Of a stretch of 64,000 nucleotides of DNA, positions 9,838 through 19,120 are shown in pieces (position 1 is the first letter of the stretch; every line of letters begins with the position of its first letter). The notes beneath the pieces were generated by a model. It was not told the DNA's origin and made no database searches. It saw nothing but the letters and a program-made list of their open reading frames with translations. The stretch lies in the IMG/VR virus record IMGVR_UViG_3300028392_000038, positions 51,973 to 115,972 of that record; one strand, given 5' to 3'. Source of the DNA: a virus. The position numbers and the translations under genes were made by a program.

Positions 9838-10188
9838 ATGAATCTATCTCTTATATTTATAAGTATATTACCAGTAGTAATAATCATCTATCTATTTTTT
9901 AAAATGTATTTAAATAGTAGAAAGAGAGAACAGCAATTAGATATAATAGACCATTGGTCAGAGTTTAATCAAACATTAATAGATTGGGGAGAAGAAATAT
10001 CAGATATTCATATGAAACATGAGTATACACACTTTTGTGCGTCCGAAATTTCTAGAGGATTTAAAAATGAGGATAACCATGAATGGGATAAGAGAATTAG
10101 AAAAGAAGTGATTGATAAGTTTATAAATCACATACCTTCACTTAAACAAGAAGTAAGAGAAGAAAAAATAAACAAAATATTAAAATAA
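9838..10188 (+). CDS. membrane-anchored protein with C-terminal REEKINKIL tag
   Basis: N-terminal TM helix; ATG at 9838 preferred over TTG at 9832. Confidence 0.7.
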   Translation: MNLSLIFISILPVVIIIYLFFKMYLNSRKREQQLDIIDHWSEFNQTLIDWGEEISDIHMKHEYTHFCASEISRGFKNEDNHEWDKRIRKEVIDKFINHIPSLKQEVREEKINKILK

Positions 10189-10198
10189 CTAAAAATAT

Positions 10199-11278
10199 AT
10201 GAAAGTAAACACCTCTCCAGTAACTTATTCATCCATCGTTGAGATTGGAGAATTAGCAGCAAAATTAGAAAAAGAAACCGGTGACAAATATCTTAAACTT
10301 CATCGTGGAGTTATGGATGTCACAACAATAGACTTGAACTCGTTTTCTCAAAAAATTGATTTCAATCAAAAGAAAATCCAACAATATGGTGGCAATGATG
10401 GTGATGCCAACCTTATTGAAACTATAAAAGATAAATTTCATCTTAAAGACCATTATGTAATGACTGTTCCTGGTGGAATGGCTACATTAGACGTAGTTAT
10501 CAACTCACTATCAGATAAAACATTCTGGGTTCCTAAATATCATTGGGGTTCTTGGAATAAGATTCTTACTATTCACGGTAAAGACATCAAAACATTTAAT
10601 GACTTTGATATTAGAAATGCTGCAGTTGGTGAAGGTGTTGTAATGTTATGTTACCCTTCAAATCCAACAGGTTATGCTCCTAAATTTGAAGACTTAAAAG
10701 CATTTGCTGATGTTTGTAAAGAAAGAAATCAAACTCTTATTCTAGACTTACCATACTATTACTTATTCAATGAAATGTCTGATAAAATCTATGAACTTTA
10801 TTCAGATAATGTTATTGTTATTTCTTCATTTTCTAAATCAGTTGGTTTATCGGGATTAAGAGTTGGTTATATCGCTACTAAGAATAAAGAATTATATGAT
10901 ACTATGAAGATTCGTTCTTTATATAAGTATAACTCTATCTCAACAATTCCTCAAGAAATTATCAATCAGTTACTTACTTCTAATCAAGGTCAAACGGCAT
11001 TTGATAATTACAGAATGAAAACAAAAGAACATGTTACAAAGAACATTCAATATTTATCAGAGAATGGTTTGTTATTTGATGAATATACGGATATTCCAAC
11101 CGGTCCATTTGCTATTATCAATAAAACTTTTGATGAATTACTTTCAGTTAAAATTTCAAGTGTTCCCCTAAATAAATTCACATTCAAAAATACTGAAGAA
11201 CATTTAAAAAACTTATCAAGAATTTCTGTATCAGTAGACCATGATTTGTTTGTGGAGTATTTTGATAGACTGAAATGA
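10199..11278 (+). CDS. PLP-dependent aminotransferase class I/II
   Basis: CYPSNPTG, ILDLPY, SFSKSVGLSGLRVG (PLP lysine). Confidence 0.88.
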   Translation: MKVNTSPVTYSSIVEIGELAAKLEKETGDKYLKLHRGVMDVTTIDLNSFSQKIDFNQKKIQQYGGNDGDANLIETIKDKFHLKDHYVMTVPGGMATLDVVINSLSDKTFWVPKYHWGSWNKILTIHGKDIKTFNDFDIRNAAVGEGVVMLCYPSNPTGYAPKFEDLKAFADVCKERNQTLILDLPYYYLFNEMSDKIYELYSDNVIVISSFSKSVGLSGLRVGYIATKNKELYDTMKIRSLYKYNSISTIPQEIINQLLTSNQGQTAFDNYRMKTKEHVTKNIQYLSENGLLFDEYTDIPTGPFAIINKTFDELLSVKISSVPLNKFTFKNTEEHLKNLSRISVSVDHDLFVEYFDRLK

Positions 11279-11287
11279 ATTAAAACT

Positions 11288-11319
11288 AAAAACCCTCTGA
11301 TTAATCAGAGGGTTTTTTT
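11288..11319. terminator. bidirectional intrinsic terminator
   Basis: AAAAACCCTCTGATT/AATCAGAGGGTTTTT between convergent genes. Confidence 0.8.
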
Positions 11320-12091
11320 ATTTTTTAAAATTATCTGAATAGGTAAAATTAGCATTTAAGTTTGGCTGAGTAGGTTTATCATTCACAGGAACCTCAATAT
11401 TTTTAAATTTTTCTTCAACTTCTTTTGGGTTACAGTATTTAGGATTCATTACTACAACCATATCATAATTCAAAGGTTCTGAGCTTAATATCTTTGGGTC
11501 TCCTGTTTTTATCCAAATATAATCACTTTCTTTGAATAAATGTTGATATACACTTTTTTTAACTTCTGGACTAGACCCGCTCTCACTTACTATATATCCA
11601 ACATTTGGATCATCTAATAAAGCTCTATAAACTTTATAACCAAAATGCTCAATGTCTAATGTCGGTAGATTTTCACCTTTTGAACCTTCAAATCCTGTTT
11701 CTTGATTTGGTTCGTATTTTTGACCACCTGGTTTTTTCCCATGATACCAATGTATTTGATTTTTAGGAGTCAATATAATATAGTTCATATTCTTCCAAAC
11801 TTCCCAAGCAGTTGTATCAGCAGTCCATTCATACTTAGTGTATTGATTATCGCGGTTAGTCTCTAATCCTTTGTACCAGAATGATTGCATAGAACCAGGT
11901 TCACCCATTTTATGATCTTTCATTTTTTTCATAACACTGATACCTTCCTCGTCATTAAAAAATATATCAAAAGATTTTGCACCAGGTTCACTTACACCAC
12001 GTTTATCTTTTGATAACAAAACAGATACCTCCTTATATTTAGCTTCTGTAATTAATATAAATTGTTCATATAACTTTAAGTATTTCATCAC
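11318..12091 (-). CDS. hypothetical protein with N-terminal tag
   Basis: MMKYLKLYEQFILITE. Confidence 0.7.
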   Translation of the reverse strand: MMKYLKLYEQFILITEAKYKEVSVLLSKDKRGVSEPGAKSFDIFFNDEEGISVMKKMKDHKMGEPGSMQSFWYKGLETNRDNQYTKYEWTADTTAWEVWKNMNYIILTPKNQIHWYHGKKPGGQKYEPNQETGFEGSKGENLPTLDIEHFGYKVYRALLDDPNVGYIVSESGSSPEVKKSVYQHLFKESDYIWIKTGDPKILSSEPLNYDMVVVMNPKYCNPKEVEEKFKNIEVPVNDKPTQPNLNANFTYSDNFKK

Positions 12092-12480
12092 TACTTTTTC
12101 TTTTTTCTTGCCTTAGCAGCCTTCGCTTTAGTCCATAGGTTAGCATCTGCTTTTCTAGCACCACCAGCGCCAGTAATAAATGAATTTACTCTTCCAAAGG
12201 CCCATTGATGTTGAGCCACACCAGGTCTATGACCAGCGTTCCAAGCTTGCATTCCTTTAGCAAAAACTTTTCTTAAAATCCCCATAGGAATTCCAGATGC
12301 CTTTGATTTTTTACGAAGAGAAGCAGTAACTCCTGATTTTTTATTTTCATATAACTCATCGGTTTCATCTAAATCATCAACCATTTCATTTGTGAAATCA
12401 TTTGTTAATTCATAATCTTCGCTTTCAAGATAAACTGAAAAATCTTCAGTTAAATCTGTAAAATTCAATAAGTGTTTCAT
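12091..12480 (-). CDS. DUF5824-like virion-associated protein
   Basis: KKSKASGIPMGILRKVFAKGMQAWNAGHRPGVAQHQWAFGRVNSF; N-terminus MKHLLNFTDLTE. Confidence 0.6.
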   Translation of the reverse strand: MKHLLNFTDLTEDFSVYLESEDYELTNDFTNEMVDDLDETDELYENKKSGVTASLRKKSKASGIPMGILRKVFAKGMQAWNAGHRPGVAQHQWAFGRVNSFITGAGGARKADANLWTKAKAAKARKKKK

Positions 12481-12486
12481 AATATA

Positions 12487-13407
12487 TTAATCTTTTTTTC
12501 CAAACATTCTTTGGTAGGCTTTAGTTGCTGCGGACTTTTTAGTTTTAACTCTTTTCCCTTCACCACCTTTACCAGATGTGTAATCAGCATCCCAATCTTT
12601 TTTGTATTCTTTCTTGCCAACAAATCTATCAATTTCTTTTTTCATTTTACCTGGATTTTTAGTTAGATACTTACCAGGTATTTTACGACCCTTATATCTC
12701 TGTGACTTAACTCGTTCTTCTACAATCTCTTCATCTTCTTTCCAATTAAAATTTCTCCTTAAATAATTGAACGCCGTATCATAAGCATTTAAAACTTGCA
12801 TTGGCTCAGTTCCATATTTACTCATAATTTTATCACCAACTCTTATAACCTCTTTAATTACCCATTCTTTCCAAGACTTATCATCTTCTCCAAATAAAAT
12901 AGTATCAATTACTAAATCTATTGTTTCTTTATCAAACATGGAAAGATCTTTCTCCATATCTTCTATAATACCATCGGTATCTGCCGTGTTATCCATAACA
13001 CCAATTTTAGAAAAACTTACAATTCTTTTAATGACATCTTCAGCCTCTGATTCTTTTATAGAAGAACTATACTCACTTGATTCAGAAACACCTAATATCA
13101 TTTGAATATCTTTTTCAATCATATCTAACCCTTCATCAATTGATTCAACATCTTCTGTAAAATCTATAGTTTCACCAACTACTTTTGTTAGTATTAAATC
13201 ATCTATGTCAAACTCATATCTAATTGATAACTCACCTGTTGAAAAGTTAACTAGTAACTGATGGTCATTTTTATTTTCCCACTCATAGATAAAATTCTGA
13301 CCAGATGAAATACCTTCAACAAGGTCTTTTAATTCTTGCATTTTAACATCTATGATGCTATCATTCTCAACAAACTCTCTTATAAATTGATCCCACTTTT
13401 TTATCAT
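12487..13407 (-). CDS. multi-module protein with N-terminal tag and basic C-terminal module
   Basis: Probable start MIKKWDQFIRE at 13407, just after TAATATATA; ends KTKKSAATKAYQRMFG. Confidence 0.65.
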   Translation of the reverse strand: MIKKWDQFIREFVENDSIIDVKMQELKDLVEGISSGQNFIYEWENKNDHQLLVNFSTGELSIRYEFDIDDLILTKVVGETIDFTEDVESIDEGLDMIEKDIQMILGVSESSEYSSSIKESEAEDVIKRIVSFSKIGVMDNTADTDGIIEDMEKDLSMFDKETIDLVIDTILFGEDDKSWKEWVIKEVIRVGDKIMSKYGTEPMQVLNAYDTAFNYLRRNFNWKEDEEIVEERVKSQRYKGRKIPGKYLTKNPGKMKKEIDRFVGKKEYKKDWDADYTSGKGGEGKRVKTKKSAATKAYQRMFGKKD

Positions 13408-13475
13408 AGGTTTATATATTAAATAAACAAAATCTATTTTTTTCAATATATCATGTAGTAAAAACTATACCAAAA

Positions 13476-14258
13476 ATGGCAAATAAAGTTAAGTTCAAAA
13501 TTAAATCTGAAAAATTCACAGACTTCATCTCTAAGCTAGATGATCTAACCAAGATAGAAGATACTATCAAATTAAAAATTGATAATGATAATATCTTAAT
13601 GTACTCTATGATGGGTGGTAATGTGATGCTAGCATTCAAAAACTATCTAATAAACACAAGAGATTACTTTGACTATACTGATGATTTAGAATACTCAATT
13701 GATATTATTATCGCTAATGCTAAAAAGTTTGTGAAAAATCTTAACTTCATTAAAGACTCTGATAAAGTTACTATGGAGATTTCTTATAAAGAATCACCAG
13801 ATGATGAAAATATTATGAATGGTAGATCCTTACAAGTTGTTGGTGGTAAGTTAAAAGTAAATTGGATGGCAGCTGAGCATTTTGAAATGAGAGATATTAA
13901 CAAAGTAGCTCTTAAACAAAGATTAGATTTAAAAGGTAGAAAGTGGAACTTCTCAATTAGTAAGTCAGATTTTTCAGATGTTAAGAAATTATCTAATATT
14001 AATGGTGAAAGAATTATCAATATCAATATTATAGATGGTAAAGTACTTCTATCAGAAAATGCTGCCTGGGAATTAGAAATAGATTCAATTGATGTAGATA
14101 GAAATGCAAATCTAATGTTAAACAAGAAATTCCTTTCTTGTATTAGTGATGAAATGGAGAATATAGAATTTAATATATTTGAAACATTTATGTTAATCAA
14201 AGATGATATATCAAATTTGATGCTTTCGTTCGAACAAGATTTCTCAGAAGATGAATAA
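13476..14258 (+). CDS. putative DNA sliding clamp (gp45/PCNA-like)
   Basis: 260 aa with two-repeat beta-alpha-beta pattern (FKIKSEKFTDFISKL / FSISKSDFSDVKKL), acidic C-terminus, near the polymerase. Confidence 0.5.
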   Translation: MANKVKFKIKSEKFTDFISKLDDLTKIEDTIKLKIDNDNILMYSMMGGNVMLAFKNYLINTRDYFDYTDDLEYSIDIIIANAKKFVKNLNFIKDSDKVTMEISYKESPDDENIMNGRSLQVVGGKLKVNWMAAEHFEMRDINKVALKQRLDLKGRKWNFSISKSDFSDVKKLSNINGERIININIIDGKVLLSENAAWELEIDSIDVDRNANLMLNKKFLSCISDEMENIEFNIFETFMLIKDDISNLMLSFEQDFSEDE

Positions 14259-14266
14259 TTTTTCCT

Positions 14267-14274
14267 TATATTTG
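14267..14274 (+). promoter_or_regulatory. Bacteroidota-type -7 promoter element TATATTTG
   Basis: 4 nt before ATG 14279. Confidence 0.65.
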
Positions 14275-14278
14275 TATA

Positions 14279-14692
14279 ATGAATTCAGAAGACGCTTTTT
14301 ACAAAAATAAATTTTTATTAGTAGAACACAATGCTCAATTATTATATGATGATTCCAACCACAATATCAAAGAAGTAAGAAGAATAAGATTAATATATGA
14401 TCACAGATCATGTATCATGTATCTTGATGAGAGATTTAATGATTTAGAATTTCGAGGATTCAGCGGCAGGTTGAGCCCCAATAAAACAGTTGAGATATTT
14501 TTTAAAAATAGAGAAGATAAATTAATTGACTATCTAAAAGATAAATATCAAGAATTAAAAAATTCAGACTTTAGATATAAAAGAGGTGATGGATATGAAG
14601 GTGATAAAACATTATACTTAGAAGACTTTATAGAATATCTAAAAATAGAAAACAGAGATAAAAAAATTGAAAAAATATTAGAAAATGAATAG
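14279..14692 (+). CDS. hypothetical early protein with C-terminal RDKKIEKIL tag
   Basis: 137-aa ORF. Confidence 0.7.
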   Translation: MNSEDAFYKNKFLLVEHNAQLLYDDSNHNIKEVRRIRLIYDHRSCIMYLDERFNDLEFRGFSGRLSPNKTVEIFFKNREDKLIDYLKDKYQELKNSDFRYKRGDGYEGDKTLYLEDFIEYLKIENRDKKIEKILENE

Positions 14693-15038
14693 AAAAGAAA
14701 GAGTTGATTTAAATAGAGCTAGAAGAAGAGTAGCTTGTTTATTTTTATTTTTAATGTGCTCACTTTATTGGATTAAAGGATTATATGAGGATATAGACTC
14801 TATTAAAGTAGATAAATCATTTATACAAATCTCAATTAATAATAAAGATACTACTATATCTAGATTGACTAAAAAGATAGATTCTCTTAAGGAATTAACT
14901 AAACCTATAGAAGTTGTTCTTCCACCAAAACCAAAATGGATTAAAAAAGACACAACACATGTTTTTGATAGTTTGAAAATTAAAATAAATCCAGATACTA
15001 TTGAGTTAAAACCAGATACATTAAACACCTCTAATTAG
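14685..15038 (+). CDS. single-pass membrane protein rich in D-[S/T]-hydrophobic sequons
   Basis: Arg-rich N-terminus, TM helix, then DSI, DTT, DSL, DTT, DSL, DTI, DTL. Confidence 0.7.
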   Translation: MNRKERVDLNRARRRVACLFLFLMCSLYWIKGLYEDIDSIKVDKSFIQISINNKDTTISRLTKKIDSLKELTKPIEVVLPPKPKWIKKDTTHVFDSLKIKINPDTIELKPDTLNTSN

Positions 15039-15048
15039 AGGGGTTTTT
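15023..15048 (+). terminator. intrinsic terminator
   Basis: CCTCTAA/TTAGAGG hairpin with T-tract. Confidence 0.6.
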
Positions 15049-15091
15049 ATTTTAAATCATTAAACTTTTTTTAATAGATATTATACAAATC

Positions 15092-15610
15092 ATGATTTTG
15101 AAAGAAAAAAGAAAACATAAAATAAACGGAGAAGTTCGCTTTCCTCAAGTTAGAGTTATAGGTGATGATGAACCAATACTGATGAGTTCATATGATGCAT
15201 TTCAATTAGCCAAATCACAAAATAAAGATATTATTTTAATAAATGAAAATCAAACAATACCTATTGTTAAAATAGAACAGTATAATAAATTCCTTTATAA
15301 CTTAGAAAAATCCGAAAAAGAAAAGAAAAAGAATTCAGTAAAGTCTGTTACTAAAGAAATTCAATTAAGTCCTGAAATATCTGACAATGACCTGGGTACC
15401 AAATCCAGAAAAAGTAAAGAGTTTTTAGAAGATGGTAATAAGGTTAAAGTTGTTTTACAATTAAAAGGTAGACAAAAGGCTTCTCCAGAAAGAGGTCAAA
15501 TAGTTATGCTTAAATTTTTTACATTAGTTGAAGAACTTGGTGTTGCTGAAAGTCTTCCTAAATTAGAAGGAAGTAAATGGCATATGATGATTAAGCCAAA
15601 GAAGAAGTAG
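15092..15610 (+). CDS. infC: translation initiation factor IF-3
   Basis: INGEVRFPQVRVI, KEIQLSPEISDNDL, FLEDGNKVKVVLQLKGRQ, PKLEG. Confidence 0.93.
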   Translation: MILKEKRKHKINGEVRFPQVRVIGDDEPILMSSYDAFQLAKSQNKDIILINENQTIPIVKIEQYNKFLYNLEKSEKEKKKNSVKSVTKEIQLSPEISDNDLGTKSRKSKEFLEDGNKVKVVLQLKGRQKASPERGQIVMLKFFTLVEELGVAESLPKLEGSKWHMMIKPKKK

Positions 15611-15653
15611 ATTTTAATTTCAAAACTTTCTTTTTTTATTTTATATAAAATGT

Positions 15654-15779
15654 ATGACTAAAGAAGAAAAAATTAAAAAGATAGAGTCATTAAGGAAACA
15701 AGCGACAGAGTTAAAAAAAGAGGTAGACTATTTTAATGCCCTCCAATTAGCCTTGAAGTTGGTACTTAATGGTTCTTAT
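15654..15779 (+). CDS. family B DNA polymerase C-terminal subunit, 5' segment (fingers helix up to motif B Tyr)
   Basis: QLALKLVLNGSY = motif B KxxxNSxYG lacking the final G. Confidence 0.85.
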
Positions 15780-15820
15780 TTTTTACCCCCTATTTTGAAA
15801 AGAATAGGGGGGAAGATTAA
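15780..15820 (+). other. 41-nt hairpin insertion (coding gap) inside polymerase motif B
   Basis: TTTTTACCCCCTATTTT-GAAA-AGAATAGGGGGGAAGATTAA between TAT (Y) and GGA (G); its removal restores NGSY-GAFATSYF in frame. Confidence 0.85.
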
Positions 15821-17131
15821 GGAGCATTTGCAACAAGCTACTTCATATTATATAATAATCACGTAGCAGGTACAATCACAGCACAAGGCCGTGACCTTAC
15901 CAAAACAATGGATAAGGTTAATGAAGACTATTGGTATAATCAATGGCAAAATGACCATGAACTTCACTATAAAATGGGTATTAAAAACATAACACCTATT
16001 TCAAAAGATGAACATGTTTCTATTTATGCTGATACAGATTCATTATTTGTTTCATTCAAACCAGCAGTAGATCATTGTGACTGGACCAATCTTATATTCA
16101 ATGATGATTATCTTAATTCAGTAGATAAAAAGTTCATCATCCTTTCTAAAGAACTTCCAAAATTCAACAATACTAATTGTGTAGGAACTGCGCATAATAT
16201 TAAAGAGTTTAGTGAACTATTAAACGCAGAACATGAGTTAGTTTTAATATGTGGTAACTTTGTTAAAGATAGAGATTTAGTAAAGATGATTAAATCTGGT
16301 TCTGTAAAGAATGAGATAAAATGGAATTGGTCTAATGAAATAGATTTCATACAAGGATTAGACCATTATAGATATGGTGGTTATTTTAAAAAGTGTTTAG
16401 AAGATTATGCTGGATCTTTTGGTGTAGAGAACAAAGAAGACTTTGAGTTAGAAAGAATATCAGAATCTATTATCAATATTGCTAAAAAGAAATACATTCA
16501 ACATATCTTATTTGAAGATGGTATTCCTTATGATAGATTAAGTTATATCTATCCTAAAGGTGTAGAACTTGTTAGGTCATCTACTCCAGCTTTTGCTAGA
16601 GATAAAATTGTTGGTATTGTTAAATATTTATTCACACATCCTGATACTTTTAATATTAAAGATTTACTAAAACTAGTTAAAGGACTAAGAAAAGAATTTG
16701 AATTGGCGGATATAGATGATATTTGTATGCAATCTTCTGTTTCTAACTATGAAATAAAAGTTCTTAATGATAAGTCATTGCCTTTAAACTTTATAAGTGG
16801 TGCTCACTTTGCGGTTAAGTCAGCAGCTCATCATAACTATCTTTTACTAAAGAGTAAAGAATATCAACAGAAATATGAGTTTATAAAATCAGGTAATAAG
16901 ATTAAATATTATTGTTGTAAAGATAAATCTATAACTGATATGTTTGCTTATACTCGTGGTTCTTTTCCGGTTGAGTTTGCTCCACCTATTGATTATGATG
17001 AACAGTTCTCTAAGTCTATCTTATCTCCTATCAATTCAATTATTGAACCATTAGGAATGCCTGAGATTACTAAAAGGTTGTCGGTGGTGATGGATATTTT
17101 CTCAGGTATGGGTGGAAAAGGAGCTTTTTAA
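15821..17131 (+). CDS. family B DNA polymerase C-terminal subunit, 3' segment (palm/thumb)
   Basis: Frame opens at GGA 15821: GAFATSYFILYNNHVAGTITAQGR, then YADTDS (motif C), AKKKY, KGVELVRSSTP. Confidence 0.9.
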   Translation, partial: GAFATSYFILYNNHVAGTITAQGRDLTKTMDKVNEDYWYNQWQNDHELHYKMGIKNITPISKDEHVSIYADTDSLFVSFKPAVDHCDWTNLIFNDDYLNSVDKKFIILSKELPKFNNTNCVGTAHNIKEFSELLNAEHELVLICGNFVKDRDLVKMIKSGSVKNEIKWNWSNEIDFIQGLDHYRYGGYFKKCLEDYAGSFGVENKEDFELERISESIINIAKKKYIQHILFEDGIPYDRLSYIYPKGVELVRSSTPAFARDKIVGIVKYLFTHPDTFNIKDLLKLVKGLRKEFELADIDDICMQSSVSNYEIKVLNDKSLPLNFISGAHFAVKSAAHHNYLLLKSKEYQQKYEFIKSGNKIKYYCCKDKSITDMFAYTRGSFPVEFAPPIDYDEQFSKSILSPINSIIEPLGMPEITKRLSVVMDIFSGMGGKGAF

Positions 17132-17934
17132 TCTTCTTTATAAACAAAGTTTTTATCCGGTATTAAATAATAATTAACTCCATTTTCATCTAATTGAGTT
17201 TTGATATCTTTTCCTTTGAAAATCCAATTACCTAGTTTTTTATTCACATCTGATATTAAAACTAAGTAGTGTGTTTTGATTTCTGTAAAATAACCGCTTA
17301 TATAAACTTTATAAAATTCACCTTCTTTATTAATAGAAGAAAGTGTTTTTGTTTGTATAGTGTATGTATTTCCTTTATAGTTAAAAGTACCATCAATACC
17401 AGCGATATCAACTTTATGAGAAGATGGTTTATCAATTGATATATCTGTTTTAAGTATTTGAGTTGCGAACTTAGAGAAAAATGTATTTGCTATTTCTTCT
17501 TGTGATTGACCTTTATCAGATGCTCCTTCTAAAGTTTTATAGATTCTCTCAAACCATTTCCCACCTGGTTCAAATAGTTTTAACTTATTAGTCTCAATCC
17601 AATCAATCATACTATCTGGTGTTGAAAATGTAGATCGCCCGTTATCAATTTCATTAGCTATCTTAATCATTTCCCAAAGTATAGCAATGTTCTTTTGAGC
17701 TTTTGTTAATAATTCAGCTCTAACTTCTCTTCCGTTACGGATTAGAATTTCATTACCACTGAAACTACCATAAATATCTCTTAATATTCTTTTAATAGCT
17801 AGTTCTTTTTTCTCTGCTTTTTCTTCAGTGAATAAGATAGGTTTACCCGCCATAAATAACTTAACTGGCTTATATGAAGCTTTGTACTTATCTTGGTAAG
17901 CCTCATTTATAAAATTTGAATACTTTTTAATCAT
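17128..17934 (-). CDS. tagged protein with possible PD-(D/E)XK nuclease C-domain
   Basis: N-terminus MIKKYSNFINE; VDIAGIDG...TIQTK. Confidence 0.5.
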   Translation of the reverse strand: MIKKYSNFINEAYQDKYKASYKPVKLFMAGKPILFTEEKAEKKELAIKRILRDIYGSFSGNEILIRNGREVRAELLTKAQKNIAILWEMIKIANEIDNGRSTFSTPDSMIDWIETNKLKLFEPGGKWFERIYKTLEGASDKGQSQEEIANTFFSKFATQILKTDISIDKPSSHKVDIAGIDGTFNYKGNTYTIQTKTLSSINKEGEFYKVYISGYFTEIKTHYLVLISDVNKKLGNWIFKGKDIKTQLDENGVNYYLIPDKNFVYKED

Positions 17935-17965
17935 GATGTATATATAAAATAAGGATATATAAATT

Positions 17966-18196
17966 ATGAAAAATGATGAATTATATCCAGAATTTATTAC
18001 TTATTTAGATAGTCAAGTAAATGAAGGAAGAATTAGTAGAAATAAGTTTGCTCTTTTGAAAATAAGTCATTCTTATTTTCAAACATTTAAAACAAAGTTT
18101 GAAATAGATGAACTTTTTAGAGAAAGAGTTATAAAACTACATAAATCCGAGATAAGGGATAGAAAAATTGATGATATATTAGATGATATTGATTGA
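17966..18196 (+). CDS. small protein with C-terminal RDRKIDDIL tag
   Basis: 76-aa ORF. Confidence 0.7.
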   Translation: MKNDELYPEFITYLDSQVNEGRISRNKFALLKISHSYFQTFKTKFEIDELFRERVIKLHKSEIRDRKIDDILDDID

Positions 18197-18575
18197 TGAA
18201 ACAATTATAGATAATATAGAGGTTGGTTTCTATGACGGAATGGATATTGATAAACTTTTAAATCATCCAAAAGATGGATCTAATGGTTTTATTTACTGTT
18301 TCATAGAGAATTGGATAAATGAAATTAAATCATATAATAGACAAAGAAAAATATCATCAGTGATTGATGGTGTTGTATATGAGGAATTTGAATGGGATAA
18401 TATAAATAATAATTATATATGTGTTTATCAAACAGAGGGTATGTTGATTAAAGATGTTTACGAGACAATAAGAAAGAAGTTAGAAATAAACCGATTAGAT
18501 ATTCAACCTTGGATTCCAGTTAGTGGAATAGACAAAGGAGCAATTAAGATAGAAAATAAAAAAATAGATGATTAG
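18183..18575 (+). CDS. hypothetical protein (internal RQRKISSVI tag variant)
   Basis: 130-aa ORF overlapping the previous gene. Confidence 0.65.
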   Translation: MILIDETIIDNIEVGFYDGMDIDKLLNHPKDGSNGFIYCFIENWINEIKSYNRQRKISSVIDGVVYEEFEWDNINNNYICVYQTEGMLIKDVYETIRKKLEINRLDIQPWIPVSGIDKGAIKIENKKIDD

Positions 18576-18593
18576 GAATAAATATATATCATA

Positions 18594-19070
18594 ATGATTA
18601 TGAAACATCTAATGAGATATGAGGGATATACTTCCAAAGAAAGAACTGATGATATTTTAGATAAAATATCTAAGTATGGTATTGTATCACTAACTCAAGC
18701 TGAAAAGGATTTTTTAGATTCTCATTCTTCTGGTGAAGAAGAAGATTTTCATGATAAAATAGCAAAGAAAGAACAAGAAACAGTATTTGAAGATGATAGC
18801 GGTTACTTCAAGTTTGAACACAGGGAAACTGAAGTATTTGATGATGAAATACATTATATAGGAACTATTTATGTTCCGGATTTAGAACTACCAAATGGTA
18901 AAAGAATTGAAGGTAGATTAGATGGTAAAATAATAGTCTATAAAAGTGGACAAAACTCACCTGATTTTGAGAGAGATGATTATGATATATTTGAATTCTG
19001 TAATGGGTTGGAATATGAACTTGATAATTTCATTGACTATGTTGTTGGTGAATTAGAAGAAAAAAACTAA
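18594..19070 (+). CDS. tagged protein with DUF6576-like helical domain
   Basis: DDILDKISKYGIVSLTQAEKDFL; N-terminus MKHLMRYEGY. Confidence 0.6.
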   Translation: MIMKHLMRYEGYTSKERTDDILDKISKYGIVSLTQAEKDFLDSHSSGEEEDFHDKIAKKEQETVFEDDSGYFKFEHRETEVFDDEIHYIGTIYVPDLELPNGKRIEGRLDGKIIVYKSGQNSPDFERDDYDIFEFCNGLEYELDNFIDYVVGELEEKN

Positions 19071-19120
19071 TATTTAAATTTTAATATATATAATCTATAA
19101 TAAAAAAATAATTTAATATC

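Noticed and set aside
15780-15820. Group I or group II intron in the polymerase
   Set aside because: Only 41 nt. There is no catalytic core, no terminal G compatible with restoring TAT-GGA, and no GUGYG...AY ends.
15818-15910. TAAGGAG as a Shine-Dalgarno site for independent restart of the polymerase 3' part
   Set aside because: The nearby TTG is in the wrong frame, and the first in-frame ATG (15908) omits the conserved GAF...TITAQGR segment.
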